Below, in pieces: positions 1-10,162 of a stretch of DNA of 64,000 bases (its first letter is position 1; each line of letters begins with the position of its first letter). The notes under the pieces are model-generated. The model saw only the letters and a program-made list of their open reading frames with translations, did not search any database and was not told where the DNA came from. A program made the translations under genes and the position numbers. The DNA is from a virus (taxonomy: Duplodnaviria > Heunggongvirae > Uroviricota > Caudoviricetes). The stretch lies in IMG/VR virus record IMGVR_UViG_3300012347_000377, positions 224,674-288,673 of that record, one strand, 5' to 3'.

Positions 1-702
1 AATTCAGGACAAGTCCTTGTAGATACTCTAACAACTTATTATAACAATGGGTTATTAGATATGGTAAATGATGTTACGATTTTGTTTCAAGAAGTATCTG
101 AAGAAGATATTAAAATCGCATCACATTTTGGAATTGATTGTATTGGTTTACAACAAAATATAGGTATTGGTAAAGGATTCAAACGATTAACTGAAAATGC
201 ACAAACTGATTATGTTTTAATTTTAGAGCACGATTGGAATTTGGTTGAAGATAAAGAAACTACATATAAAACATTAGAAAGTAGTTATAAAGCAATTGAA
301 GATGGGTTAGATGTAGTTCGTCTAAGACATAGAACAAATCCCGGTTATCCACATTTTTCATTTCAATATAGAGGTAGAGAATTGGAATATTATGATGATT
401 GGCATGAATTGACATCACCGCATCTTTTAGATTCAGTTCATTGGTGTGAACCAGATGTTAGATTTCCAGATCAAATTCAAAAATCTGAAGATATGTTTTA
501 TACCACCTCTCGTTATGGCAATTGGACAAATAATCCATGTTTATATAAAAAACAATTTTATTTAGATACAATTGAACCATTTATGGGTGAGGGTATTGAT
601 TTAGAACGAAAAATTGCATATTGGTGGCCAAGACAAGATTTCAAAGTTGGGCACAACGAAGGATTATTCAAACATAACGATTGGCAAAAATACGGAAGAT
701 AA
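1..702 (+). CDS. GT-A/GT2-like glycosyltransferase (5'-partial; frame open from window start)
   Basis: QNIGIGKG...YVLILEHDW resembles GT2 N-terminal and DxD-like motifs; frame 1 is open upstream of ATG 61. Confidence 0.55.
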   Translation, partial: NSGQVLVDTLTTYYNNGLLDMVNDVTILFQEVSEEDIKIASHFGIDCIGLQQNIGIGKGFKRLTENAQTDYVLILEHDWNLVEDKETTYKTLESSYKAIEDGLDVVRLRHRTNPGYPHFSFQYRGRELEYYDDWHELTSPHLLDSVHWCEPDVRFPDQIQKSEDMFYTTSRYGNWTNNPCLYKKQFYLDTIEPFMGEGIDLERKIAYWWPRQDFKVGHNEGLFKHNDWQKYGR

Positions 703-1493
703 TGGAATATACGATAGTAGGATGTATAACTAATTATGGAGTTGACGATGTAAAACCATTTGTAGAATCAATTGAACAAAGTGGTTATAAGGGTAAGAAA
801 TTGATGTTAGTGTATGATATAACATCTGACACGATTGAATATCTTAAAAGTAAAGGATGGGATTTATATGGTTCACAATTAGAACAACATATAATAGTTC
901 AGAGATTTAGAGATATGTATGTTTTATTGCAATCTTTACAAACTGATGTAATTATATGGTGTGATGTGAAAGACATTATATTTCAAAAAAATCCAACTGA
1001 ATGGTTAGATAAACATATGAAAGGTGATATACTTGCTTTTTCAGAATCATTAATATTTAATCACGATGCTTGGGCACATATAAATGCAGGAACATCTTTT
1101 CCAATAGAATGGGAATGGTTGAAGTTTGAAGAAATATATTGTGCAGGAACTATCGTAGGTAGAAAAGATGCTATTAAAGATTTATTCATTGATATTTACC
1201 GATGGTCATTGACAACTTCAAATCCAGGACAATTAGCAGACCAAGCAGCATATAATATTTTATTAAGATTACACCAATTTAAAGATAAAGTGCAGTTTGT
1301 AAAACAACAAGAAGGATTTGCTGCACAATTACATTTAAAAATTAAATTTGATAAACAACATTTATGTAGTGAAGACCTTGCTACTATTCAAAATGGAATT
1401 GTCACAACTACCGATGGTGAACTATTTACAATAGTCCATCAGTATGATAGAGATTTAGAACTTAAAAAATTAATCCAAAACAGATACAAATGA
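681..1493 (+). CDS. Putative glycosyltransferase (GT-A fold)
   Basis: IIWCDVKDIIFQKNP (DxxD), DQAAYN and C-terminal IVHQYDR motifs; true start probably 702. Confidence 0.6.
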   Translation: MAKIRKIMEYTIVGCITNYGVDDVKPFVESIEQSGYKGKKLMLVYDITSDTIEYLKSKGWDLYGSQLEQHIIVQRFRDMYVLLQSLQTDVIIWCDVKDIIFQKNPTEWLDKHMKGDILAFSESLIFNHDAWAHINAGTSFPIEWEWLKFEEIYCAGTIVGRKDAIKDLFIDIYRWSLTTSNPGQLADQAAYNILLRLHQFKDKVQFVKQQEGFAAQLHLKIKFDKQHLCSEDLATIQNGIVTTTDGELFTIVHQYDRDLELKKLIQNRYK

Positions 1494-2383
1494 ATATAGT
1501 ATTATCAACGTTTATATTACCACATGAAATTGATGATTTAGAGCAAGTTCTTTTACAATTAAAAAAATCATCATTGTTATTGGATTCTAAAATTGATTTT
1601 TCAATTGATGTAGCAATGACAATTGCAGATGATATGATTGATTGGAAAAAATCATCACTACCAAAGGGTTATTTTTTAGATAGATTATTAAAATTATCGT
1701 TTCAAACTGATTGGTGTAGTAAAACATTCAATGCAAGTGAAACCATTAAGGGATGTATATCACATAAAAGAGATGTATTATCGAGATATGAAGATGCTGA
1801 TTATTTTATTTGGTTAGATAGTGATATTGTTTTTGATGAAAGAACTTTAGCGTATATGATTACCAGTCTAAATACTTTATTAGAATACGATTATACAATT
1901 GTAACTCCTGAGATTGTTAAACTTTGGGATACAACTTGGGATTGTTTAGTTAATGAGAAATTTTTAGATAAACCTTTAAATTACCACTTAACTAATGATC
2001 CATATAAAGATAGTGGCGTGAAGGGTGAAGTTTCGTTGGAATCTGTATCAAACAATGTACCAGAGCAACCATCATATAAATTTGCAGGAGGTTGGTTTAC
2101 CGCTATTAGTGCTAAATTATTAAATCGAATTGGTATACCAGAATCATTTGGTCACTATGGCCCTGCAGATGATACATTTATTATGTGGGCATCTGAAAAA
2201 ATATCAAAAATAGACAACAACCCTGTTAGACAATTTAAATTAAAAAACTTAGTTGTTTGTGAAAATTACAAATACAGAAATCAAGGACACTATATAAACT
2301 ATATGAGTATATTCAACCGAAAGGATGAATTTAAGAAAATAGCAACCTCAAATTTAATAGAAGAATTCAATAAACTCACTTAA
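1490..2383 (+). CDS. Putative glycosyltransferase (GT2-like)
   Basis: YFIWLDSDIVF DxD motif; KFAGGWF...YGPADDTF. Confidence 0.55.
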   Translation: MNIVLSTFILPHEIDDLEQVLLQLKKSSLLLDSKIDFSIDVAMTIADDMIDWKKSSLPKGYFLDRLLKLSFQTDWCSKTFNASETIKGCISHKRDVLSRYEDADYFIWLDSDIVFDERTLAYMITSLNTLLEYDYTIVTPEIVKLWDTTWDCLVNEKFLDKPLNYHLTNDPYKDSGVKGEVSLESVSNNVPEQPSYKFAGGWFTAISAKLLNRIGIPESFGHYGPADDTFIMWASEKISKIDNNPVRQFKLKNLVVCENYKYRNQGHYINYMSIFNRKDEFKKIATSNLIEEFNKLT

Positions 2384-2400
2384 TAGTGAGTTTTTTGTTT
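2372..2400 (+). terminator. Intrinsic terminator
   Basis: AAACTCACT-taat-AGTGAGTTT hairpin followed by a T-run. Confidence 0.75.
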
Positions 2401-2491
2401 TTAAATGAATATTTATATTTACAATTTACAAAATGTTATATAAATCTGTTTCATAAATAAAGGTTACCCTAATCCACTAACAGGAGGTAAC

Positions 2492-2992
2492 GTGAAATAC
2501 GGTCTATTAAATTTAATTAAAATATTTTGCATCTGCACAATATTAATATTTGTATCAGATTCATCTCAAGAAGGGAAAAAAATCAAAATTGGTGAAATAA
2601 CTAATGAAATTCGATTGGGCCCATTTGCCGGACAACGTAATATGGCAGTGGGTGTGAAGAATATATTAGAAGAATTGTTTCAAGATTTAGATTATCAATT
2701 AACTCCCGATGCGGAGGATGAAATAACAATCCGTTTAGTATTTTTTGATGTAAAGAATATCGGTCAAAATATCGGTATTTATCACAATGATGTGTCTTTA
2801 ACTGAAATCATTGCAATTGGTGAATTAAGAAGAAATGGTAAAGTTATACGAAAAACAACTCAAAAAGGTCAAAGTAAAGAAATTTCAACTTCTACTTTGA
2901 TAGTTGCAGAGGATGGTTCATTTAATCAACAAACAGCAAGTATAGCACTTAAAAAAGTATGTGAAAACATAGTAAAGGATTTAACAAAATGA
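2492..2992 (+). CDS. Exported protein, degenerate CsgG/LpoB-like alpha/beta domain
   Basis: Hydrophobic N-terminus; GVKNILEELFQD...ASIALKKVCENIV parallels 9444 (GVTNMVIEYLE...RKALETASARIV); GTG start with AGGAGG upstream. Confidence 0.4.
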   Translation: MKYGLLNLIKIFCICTILIFVSDSSQEGKKIKIGEITNEIRLGPFAGQRNMAVGVKNILEELFQDLDYQLTPDAEDEITIRLVFFDVKNIGQNIGIYHNDVSLTEIIAIGELRRNGKVIRKTTQKGQSKEISTSTLIVAEDGSFNQQTASIALKKVCENIVKDLTK

Positions 2993-4641
2993 AAAAACTA
3001 ATTTTATTTTTAGGGATATTTTTAATATCACTATCTTCATTCGCTCAATTGACAATAAGTCAATCATTAACACCTACTGCAGGTTTGAAAGTTGGGGATA
3101 CTATTACTGTCAAATATAATCTAATAAAAGGACAAGTGATTAAGAATCCTCGTTATCTTTGGTTTAGATACCAGTATAATAATAAAGCATTAACTTATGT
3201 ATCTACTACATTTAATCAAGGAACATCTGCACAAACATTTTATACCGGTTGGAGTAATTATAAATTTACTTTCAATGGTGGTGCAAGTGATAATGATTTG
3301 AATGTTCAGTATGGATTAACTCCGTGGAATTATGCATCAAACGCAGATTGGAACGTTGGACAATTAACGGTTCAAAGAGCAGATGCATCTATTAGTGGTT
3401 TAATTGCTACTCAAAAATATATTCTAAAAGACCAAAATACTTACAACAATATATTCAAAATAGATTTAGCAACTGGTACTGATACTACTGGTGCAAATGT
3501 TGGAACTATCTATGGTGGAGGTTCATCATCTATAACAGGTGTAACTGGTAATACATCTCAATTTAAAGTAAAAGTTCTATATCCGCAAGGATACAACATT
3601 ACTGATCATAGTGTTCAATTGATGAATTTGAAATCGGATGGAAGCGGAGATATAGATTGGTCACGAGCTCCTATTGCTCAATTACCATTGGATGCAACGG
3701 GTGAGGCTTTATTCACAACACAAGTTAAGGTTGGTGATTCAGTTGGTGTATTTGTAGGAGCAGCATTCCAAAAAAGTTGGATGAATAATATTGTGACAGT
3801 GTCAGATGCATATAAAGCATTTTTAGGACATTCGCAAACTGATATTAGTGGAACTTCAAACTTCTTTACATTACCTGCGTTGGAAAAGAAAGTTGGTAAA
3901 GTTAGTTTAGGTAATACTACATTTGGAGAAGCAGATTCATATGCGTTATTTGCACATGTAATGGGACAAGATGTATCATCAACTGCTATGATTCCAACAT
4001 CAACTTCATCATCAGTAAGATGGTATAGTGGTTTATTAAATCAAAATTGGTTGGATGGTGTTGTTAAAAACAGAGTAGTAATCACACAACCAATACAAGA
4101 AGTTTATGCAGTATTTGCTTGGGGTGGAGATTTAAACTGGTCTCATTCATCAGACCCAGCAGTAATTGCAACTAAAATATCAGCAGGACAATTTACAAAC
4201 GCAGTAAGTAATAAAACTACAAACGGAATTAAATCTATGAGTAGTGTTCCAATGGCTTATCAAACTCTAGCAGTAGAAAAAGCAACATTAGGTATAGCAT
4301 CTAAATTGGAAAATGGTAAAGTAATATTAACAACTACGTTGACAAAAGCAGAATTAGCTGGATTACAAGTAGTAATGAATTACGATGAATCAAAATTAAA
4401 TTTGGATAATGTGATATTTGATACTGGTAATACAATTACAAACTTCTCTACACATGAAAATGGTAGATTAACATTTGGTTCAATTGACCAATTAAAAACT
4501 GCAAGAATTAAAGTGGGAACACCATATAAGTTAGTATTCACACCAAAAACAACATTAACAAATACTGCTGGATTATTTTACTTCGTTCTATCGGATGCAG
4601 TGGATTCTAAAGGTAATAAAATCGATTTAATAGTTGAATAA
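2989..4641 (+). CDS. Secreted protein with N- and C-terminal cohesin-like domains and a degenerate dockerin-like segment
   Basis: Sec signal peptide (SSFA|Q); KVGDTITVKY..FRYQYNNKALTY; IVTVSDAYKAF; GDLNWSHS; LAGLQVVMNYDESKLNL. Confidence 0.55.
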   Translation: MKKLILFLGIFLISLSSFAQLTISQSLTPTAGLKVGDTITVKYNLIKGQVIKNPRYLWFRYQYNNKALTYVSTTFNQGTSAQTFYTGWSNYKFTFNGGASDNDLNVQYGLTPWNYASNADWNVGQLTVQRADASISGLIATQKYILKDQNTYNNIFKIDLATGTDTTGANVGTIYGGGSSSITGVTGNTSQFKVKVLYPQGYNITDHSVQLMNLKSDGSGDIDWSRAPIAQLPLDATGEALFTTQVKVGDSVGVFVGAAFQKSWMNNIVTVSDAYKAFLGHSQTDISGTSNFFTLPALEKKVGKVSLGNTTFGEADSYALFAHVMGQDVSSTAMIPTSTSSSVRWYSGLLNQNWLDGVVKNRVVITQPIQEVYAVFAWGGDLNWSHSSDPAVIATKISAGQFTNAVSNKTTNGIKSMSSVPMAYQTLAVEKATLGIASKLENGKVILTTTLTKAELAGLQVVMNYDESKLNLDNVIFDTGNTITNFSTHENGRLTFGSIDQLKTARIKVGTPYKLVFTPKTTLTNTAGLFYFVLSDAVDSKGNKIDLIVE

Positions 4642-4647
4642 AATATT

Positions 4648-6939
4648 ATGAAAAAAATAGTTACATTTTTATTAATACTAATATCATTTATAGGGTTCGG
4701 ACAGAGTGTATCTGCTCCGGACTCTAAATCATTTACACAATCCACATCTGGACAAGATGGTAGTGGGTTTTCATTAAATGGATTTAACTCAACAGATGTA
4801 TTACTTGCATCAATTAGTTTGGTAAATCCACCAAGTGGAACAACCTTTTATTTGAGTAGTTATAATGGATTAACTGCTGCAAGTGGATTTACATTGACAG
4901 GAAATAAGACTCGTTTGGTAATAACCGGAACAATGAGTAATATTAATACTGCCTTAGCATCCCTAAAAATAAACACAGGTTCAGTAAAAGGAAATGTTTT
5001 ATTATCAGTAGCAGCAACGGTCAATCCAACTGGATATTTTTACAATGGTGTAAATGGTCACTTTTATAGACCAATATCAATGGGAAACACTTATACAGGT
5101 GCAAGAACTGCAGCATTAAATACAACATTCAAAGGCCAACAAGGATATTTAGTGACGATAACTTCTGCTGATGAAGATGCATTTATTTACAATAATGTTC
5201 CTCAATCTCAAATATGGTTTGCATTAACCGATGAGGTGGTAGAAGGTCAATGGAGAATTGATGCAGGACCTGAAAAGGGAACTCTAATCAAAACATCAAA
5301 TGGTCAAACTGCCGGAAATATATCCGGTCAATACAACAATTGGGCGGGTGGTGAACCAAACAATAGTGGTAATGAGGATTATGCAGTAACAAAGTGGAAT
5401 GGAACTCAATGGAATGATTTACCCAATCAGTTCAATTGTCCTTATGTAATTGAATATGGAACTTGGTCTAACCCCGATGATGCAACATTTACAGAATTTT
5501 ATACTAATTCAGTATCACATTCAAATGGGGAAGTTTTAACTGCTAAATTTAATATTGATTTTGGTGGTAATGTAGATGAAACCAAATTTTCAGCAAAAGC
5601 AAACACATATGTAAATAATGTATGGGGAGTAACAACCAACACATCAAGGGCAATAAGTGGATTAGGTAAAGTTGATTTAACAAATGATTTAGATGTAGTT
5701 AAATTAGATGGTAATGGTGTAAAAGCAACCACAACTACTGGTGGAGTAGAATGGTGTGTAATATATGATTATGATGTAACCAATCAACGATACAGAATTG
5801 GTATAGATAGTAGAGAAGTGAATGGTATTCTTTCAAACCCATCTACAATTAGTAGTTTACAATTATTTGATTTATGGAATGGACCTGTAACATTTAATTC
5901 GTATGACCCAAATGGGTGGACAGAAGTTTATGTTTATACTCAAACTCAATTTAACTTTTCTGGTTCATCTTTTGCATCATTTATTAGAGCAGGAAATGGT
6001 GCATATGGTTTAAGAGCTGAATTCACATTTTCACCTATTCAAAATTATAAACAACATGGTATTGATATAATCGCTAATAACCAAACGGAACTAAACAATC
6101 TATACAATAGTATTGTAACTGTAACGGATGTTTATTTGGCATTTAAGGAATTATCAAATGGTGGAATATTTGGAAACGAGAGTGGATTAGAATTTACATC
6201 AGGTTTACAATATATGAACGCAGATGTAGATGGTAATGGAGTATTCAATGAAACAGATACTTACAAATTATTACAACATCTAACAGGTGTTCAACCACTT
6301 ACACAATATTCGGCATTGACTTATTTGATGAAACTTTATAGTAAATCAGATTATGATGCAATAACCAAATCAAATTGGAATACACAATTCAATTTAACAA
6401 GAAGTTTGTATCCATTTAATTTGAATAGTGGAGTATTGAATAATACCTACAATGTGAATGTAACTTGGTTAGGTGATGTAAACTTATCACATTCTGCACA
6501 ACAAACCCAAAGTAGTATTGCAAGTAATTCAATGAGAACAATGAGTTTATCAACTCAATCGGTTTCTAATCAAATCAACGCATATCTAATGGGTGAAAAT
6601 GTTGGTGGTAAATTAATAGTAACGATTTCAGTAGACCCATTACAACAAGAATTAGTAGGAACTCAATTTAATTTAAACTATGATAATACTACTCTAAAAT
6701 TTGAAAAGGTAGAATTCACTACAAAGGGAACACCTATCAATTTTGGAACTGATAGAGATACATACATAACATTGGGTTCATTAATAACAGATGGTTCAAC
6801 TACATTAGATAAAAAAACTGAATATAAAATAACATTCTTACCTCTAATGGGATTACATAGTATATTGGGATTGACTTCGATTTCAAATACCGATGCAGTA
6901 AGTAAGAATGGAACACAATTAAAAGTAAAGGTGAATTAA
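4648..6939 (+). CDS. Secreted C-type lectin + dockerin-like + cohesin-like protein
   Basis: Signal peptide (GFG|Q); CTLD motifs GYLVTITSADEDAFI, WFALTD..EGQW, YNNWAGGEPNN, QWNDLP; dockerin-like ADVDGNGVFNETDTYKLLQHL; cohesin-like LVGTQFNLNYDNTTLKF. Confidence 0.7.
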   Translation: MKKIVTFLLILISFIGFGQSVSAPDSKSFTQSTSGQDGSGFSLNGFNSTDVLLASISLVNPPSGTTFYLSSYNGLTAASGFTLTGNKTRLVITGTMSNINTALASLKINTGSVKGNVLLSVAATVNPTGYFYNGVNGHFYRPISMGNTYTGARTAALNTTFKGQQGYLVTITSADEDAFIYNNVPQSQIWFALTDEVVEGQWRIDAGPEKGTLIKTSNGQTAGNISGQYNNWAGGEPNNSGNEDYAVTKWNGTQWNDLPNQFNCPYVIEYGTWSNPDDATFTEFYTNSVSHSNGEVLTAKFNIDFGGNVDETKFSAKANTYVNNVWGVTTNTSRAISGLGKVDLTNDLDVVKLDGNGVKATTTTGGVEWCVIYDYDVTNQRYRIGIDSREVNGILSNPSTISSLQLFDLWNGPVTFNSYDPNGWTEVYVYTQTQFNFSGSSFASFIRAGNGAYGLRAEFTFSPIQNYKQHGIDIIANNQTELNNLYNSIVTVTDVYLAFKELSNGGIFGNESGLEFTSGLQYMNADVDGNGVFNETDTYKLLQHLTGVQPLTQYSALTYLMKLYSKSDYDAITKSNWNTQFNLTRSLYPFNLNSGVLNNTYNVNVTWLGDVNLSHSAQQTQSSIASNSMRTMSLSTQSVSNQINAYLMGENVGGKLIVTISVDPLQQELVGTQFNLNYDNTTLKFEKVEFTTKGTPINFGTDRDTYITLGSLITDGSTTLDKKTEYKITFLPLMGLHSILGLTSISNTDAVSKNGTQLKVKVN

Positions 6940-7280
6940 TGAAAAAGATAATATTAATATCATTGATTTTATTGGCAGGATGTAGTAAACCAGATTTACC
7001 AACTCCAACTATGCCAATTGAAAAAATATTTGATGTAGGTGAAAGTAAAGTATTAAATGGTCAATCTATACACTTTGATTTACCATCGGCAGGAACATAT
7101 ACATTAACTTTAATGGATAAAGAAAGTGGGCAGGTAATTAGTAGAGAACGATTTATTGGTCAATATGGAGAAAATGTAAAGAAAATATACACTAAATCAA
7201 TTTCAGTTAAATACTTATATTTGATATTAGAAGACGTTACTAAAAAAGAAATAAGTAAAACAACGATAATAATCAATTAG
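6939..7280 (+). CDS. Lipoprotein with T9SS-CTD/FlgD-Ig-like domain
   Basis: Lipobox LAGC; GTYTLTLMDKESGQVI...LYLIL...TTIIIN. Confidence 0.55.
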   Translation: MKKIILISLILLAGCSKPDLPTPTMPIEKIFDVGESKVLNGQSIHFDLPSAGTYTLTLMDKESGQVISRERFIGQYGENVKKIYTKSISVKYLYLILEDVTKKEISKTTIIIN

Positions 7281-7289
7281 GAGAAACAA

Positions 7290-7658
7290 ATGAAAAAAAT
7301 ATTTACACTGGTATTTGTTACTGCAATTTTAGTAGGATGCTCAAAGGAGGATATATTACCAACACCTCAAGTTGTATCCGAAGAACTTAAAATGACAAGT
7401 TCAGTAGGTATTAAATTACAAACACCATTTGTAACATCGGAAGTTGCAATGAATGTTAAAACCGAAACTTCAGGATCGGTAACAATAAAAATATTTGATA
7501 TTGCAAATAGAGTAGTATCAAAAGAAACTATGAATGTGGTGGCTGGAGATAATATACTTAAAGTATATACATCTGCATTACCATCATCTGCATATAGAAT
7601 CGGATTATTCGATTCAAATGGTAATCAATTAGGGATTACAGATTTTAACAAACTATAA
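7290..7658 (+). CDS. Lipoprotein with T9SS type A sorting-domain-like Ig fold
   Basis: Lipobox LVGC; VTIKIFDIANRVV...GDNILKVYTSALPSSAYRIGL. Confidence 0.65.
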   Translation: MKKIFTLVFVTAILVGCSKEDILPTPQVVSEELKMTSSVGIKLQTPFVTSEVAMNVKTETSGSVTIKIFDIANRVVSKETMNVVAGDNILKVYTSALPSSAYRIGLFDSNGNQLGITDFNKL

Positions 7659-7681
7659 TTTAAAAATGAAGGAATAAAATT

Positions 7682-8539
7682 ATGTTACTAAAAAAAGGAG
7701 ATAATAACGAGAATGTAAAATTATTACAGAAAAAACTCGGATTAGAACCAGTAGGTAATTTCGGTCCAAAAACCGAAGAAGCTGTAAAAGCATTTCAAAA
7801 GAAGAATGGATTAACGGCAGATGGTATTGTAGGTGATGGGACATGGGGTAAAATCATGGGAACTACATCAACACCTGCACCAGCAGTGAATCCAACACCA
7901 GCCCCACAACCATCCAAACCTGCACCACAAGTAGCAGGATTAAAATTGGATAAACTTAAAGGTCACGTTCCTCAAGTTGTAATTGATTCAATACCAGAAG
8001 TTGCTTCTAAATTTGGAATCAATACTCCATTAAGAGTTGCACACTTTTTGGCACAATGTGGACATGAGAGTGGTGGATTTAAAGTAACTCAAGAAAATCT
8101 AAATTATTCTGCAAAAGGATTGAGAGGTATATTTAAAAAATATTTCCCAACTGATGCTATAGCAAATGCATATCAAAGAAATCCACAAAAGATTGCGAAC
8201 AAAGTTTATTCAAACCGAATGGGTAATGGTTCAGAAGCAAGTGGAGAAGGATATAAGTTTAGAGGCAGAGGATACATTCAATTGACAGGTAAAGAAAACT
8301 ACACTGCATTCGGTAAGTCAATCGGTGTAGATATTCCATCTAATCCAGATTTAGTTGCTACAACTTATGCATTGGCATCAGCAGCATGGTTCTTTTCAAA
8401 GAACGGATTACATAGAATTGCAGATGAAGGTGCAAGTGATGTAGTTGTAACTAAAATCACAAAAAGAGTAAATGGTGGGACAATTGGCTTACCAGATAGA
8501 ATCAAGCATTTTAAAGAGTATTATCATTTATTATCATAA
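7682..8539 (+). CDS. Endolysin: PG_binding_1 domain + GH19 (chitinase-like muramidase) domain
   Basis: LKKGDN..VKLLQKKL..FGPKTEEAVKAFQ..GLTADGIVG; HFLAQCGHESGGF; YKFRGRGYIQLTGKENY; ITKRVNGGTIGLPDR. Confidence 0.92.
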   Translation: MLLKKGDNNENVKLLQKKLGLEPVGNFGPKTEEAVKAFQKKNGLTADGIVGDGTWGKIMGTTSTPAPAVNPTPAPQPSKPAPQVAGLKLDKLKGHVPQVVIDSIPEVASKFGINTPLRVAHFLAQCGHESGGFKVTQENLNYSAKGLRGIFKKYFPTDAIANAYQRNPQKIANKVYSNRMGNGSEASGEGYKFRGRGYIQLTGKENYTAFGKSIGVDIPSNPDLVATTYALASAAWFFSKNGLHRIADEGASDVVVTKITKRVNGGTIGLPDRIKHFKEYYHLLS

Positions 8540-8551
8540 GGAGAACAAACA

Positions 8552-8860
8552 ATGGCAGAAGAACAAGAAAATGGTGGTGGAACATCACTTAAAAGTATTT
8601 TAATCGGTTTAGTGAGCACAATTACAATTGCAGTTGGTGGATTTATTACTAACAAATTAACTGGCGAAGGTGGAAACGAACCTGCTCCGGTACAACAAGC
8701 AGCACCTGTAATTAATATTACAAACTCTAACCAACAACAACAAAGTGCTGGAAAGACAGTAATTATTAAAGAAAAGGCTGCACCTGCATCTGCAAGTGGT
8801 AATCAAGCAAAACCAGTTGAAAAAGCAAAACCAAAAGAAAAAGAAGACGAAGAGTGGTAA
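8552..8860 (+). CDS. Single-pass membrane protein with low-complexity tail
   Basis: TM segment SILIGLVSTITIAVGGFI followed by a Q/P/K/E-rich tail. Confidence 0.5.
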   Translation: MAEEQENGGGTSLKSILIGLVSTITIAVGGFITNKLTGEGGNEPAPVQQAAPVINITNSNQQQQSAGKTVIIKEKAAPASASGNQAKPVEKAKPKEKEDEEW

Positions 8861-8934
8861 AATAAAAAATAAAGGTTGTATTAATTGTTTCATAGAGGGG
8901 TTATGGTAAATAAATAAAAAAGGAGAAACAAATA

Positions 8935-9192
8935 ATGGCATTTAAAGACATTTTTAAAGACAGTAACGAATATAACGAAAAATCAATCGTTGGATTCGCA
9001 TCATTTGCAGTTATGGTAGTATTTGCAGGAGCAGATATAGTAACTGGTATAATGGGACAACAATTGGAAATTAGTGATACTATTTTCAATTCATTCGTAA
9101 TTATTACATTGGGTGCATTTGGTATCGCTGAAGCTGGTAAAGTATTTAGTGATAAAAAATCATCTGATTCTAATGAAGAAGAATTAGGATAA
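8935..9192 (+). CDS. Putative holin (two TM helices, charged termini)
   Basis: 85 aa, two hydrophobic segments, acidic C-tail, close to the endolysin. Confidence 0.5.
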   Translation: MAFKDIFKDSNEYNEKSIVGFASFAVMVVFAGADIVTGIMGQQLEISDTIFNSFVIITLGAFGIAEAGKVFSDKKSSDSNEEELG

Positions 9193-9197
9193 TTAGT

Positions 9198-9428
9198 ATG
9201 AAAAAGTTACTACAATATTGGAAAGACAACCAGCAATGGTTGGCTTTCTTGTTGATGATAATATATCTAAATGGGTTTTTTATTATTTTAGAAGAACAAA
9301 TGAGAACCATATACTGGTTACCTATTGTTTGGTTATTTCAATTTTTTGGATTAGCCGGATGGTATTCATATGTTGCTAATAAAAAAGGATGGAAACTACC
9401 TAGAGATATAAAGAATACACATAGTTAA
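9198..9428 (+). CDS. Small membrane protein
   Basis: Two hydrophobic, aromatic-rich segments. Confidence 0.45.
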   Translation: MKKLLQYWKDNQQWLAFLLMIIYLNGFFIILEEQMRTIYWLPIVWLFQFFGLAGWYSYVANKKGWKLPRDIKNTHS

Positions 9429-9443
9429 AATAAAGGATACTTA

Positions 9444-10160
9444 ATGAAAAAAATCATATTACTATTAGTATGCGTATTATTTACACATATTACATTTGCA
9501 CAAATCGGAACTATTAAAGCAGAAAAATATCAATCGGAGTTTGAAAAAAAACAATCAATTGAAGACGTATCTGATTATGATGGTAAACCAATCCCAATCG
9601 CATTATTAAACATCTCAGCAACAGATGAGGTATATCAAATGTGGCCAGATTTAAAAGATGCTAGAATTGGGTTGGGTGTAACTAATATGGTAATTGAATA
9701 TTTAGAATATACCAATCGTTTTCAATTTGTAGAAGAAAAATCTGAAATTAAAAACAGAATGAAAGACCAATGGAAAGCATCTAAAAAAGGTGTATCTGAA
9801 AATGAAGTTTATGGGTTTGGTAAAATTAAATTAGCAAACTATTTTGTTACGATTGAGATATATGATTTTTCAGTTTCGGAAGATGAAGTTCTTTCTTTAA
9901 AAGAAGGTTCTAAACAAACACAAACAACAAGATTAGGATTACAAGTTCGTTTTACTAATGCAATCGATGGAACATATTTCGTAGGTTCTGGATTAGGGGA
10001 AGCAAATACCGTTAAAACTCAAGAAGGTATTTTGGGTTTAGATGTTGAGGAAATTAAATTTAGACAATCTGCAATTGGAGTTACTACTCGTAAAGCATTA
10101 GAAACTGCATCTGCACGTATTGTAAGTAGATTAATTAAAAAAGGTGTATTCCCTAACTAA
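9444..10160 (+). CDS. CsgG/HfaB-family envelope protein
   Basis: Signal peptide; LGVTNMVIEYLEYTNRFQFVEE; YFVTIEIYDF; RLGLQVRFTNAIDGTY..GSGLGEA. Confidence 0.7.
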   Translation: MKKIILLLVCVLFTHITFAQIGTIKAEKYQSEFEKKQSIEDVSDYDGKPIPIALLNISATDEVYQMWPDLKDARIGLGVTNMVIEYLEYTNRFQFVEEKSEIKNRMKDQWKASKKGVSENEVYGFGKIKLANYFVTIEIYDFSVSEDEVLSLKEGSKQTQTTRLGLQVRFTNAIDGTYFVGSGLGEANTVKTQEGILGLDVEEIKFRQSAIGVTTRKALETASARIVSRLIKKGVFPN

Positions 10161-10162
10161 AT

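Noticed and set aside
2989-6939. True cellulosome for polysaccharide degradation
   Set aside because: No dockerin-bearing glycoside hydrolases are present. The only GH is the GH19 endolysin, which has no signal peptide or dockerin.
9444-10160. Complete curli (csg) operon
   Set aside because: No curlin-repeat CsgA/B or recognisable CsgE/F; only the CsgG-like fold is supported.
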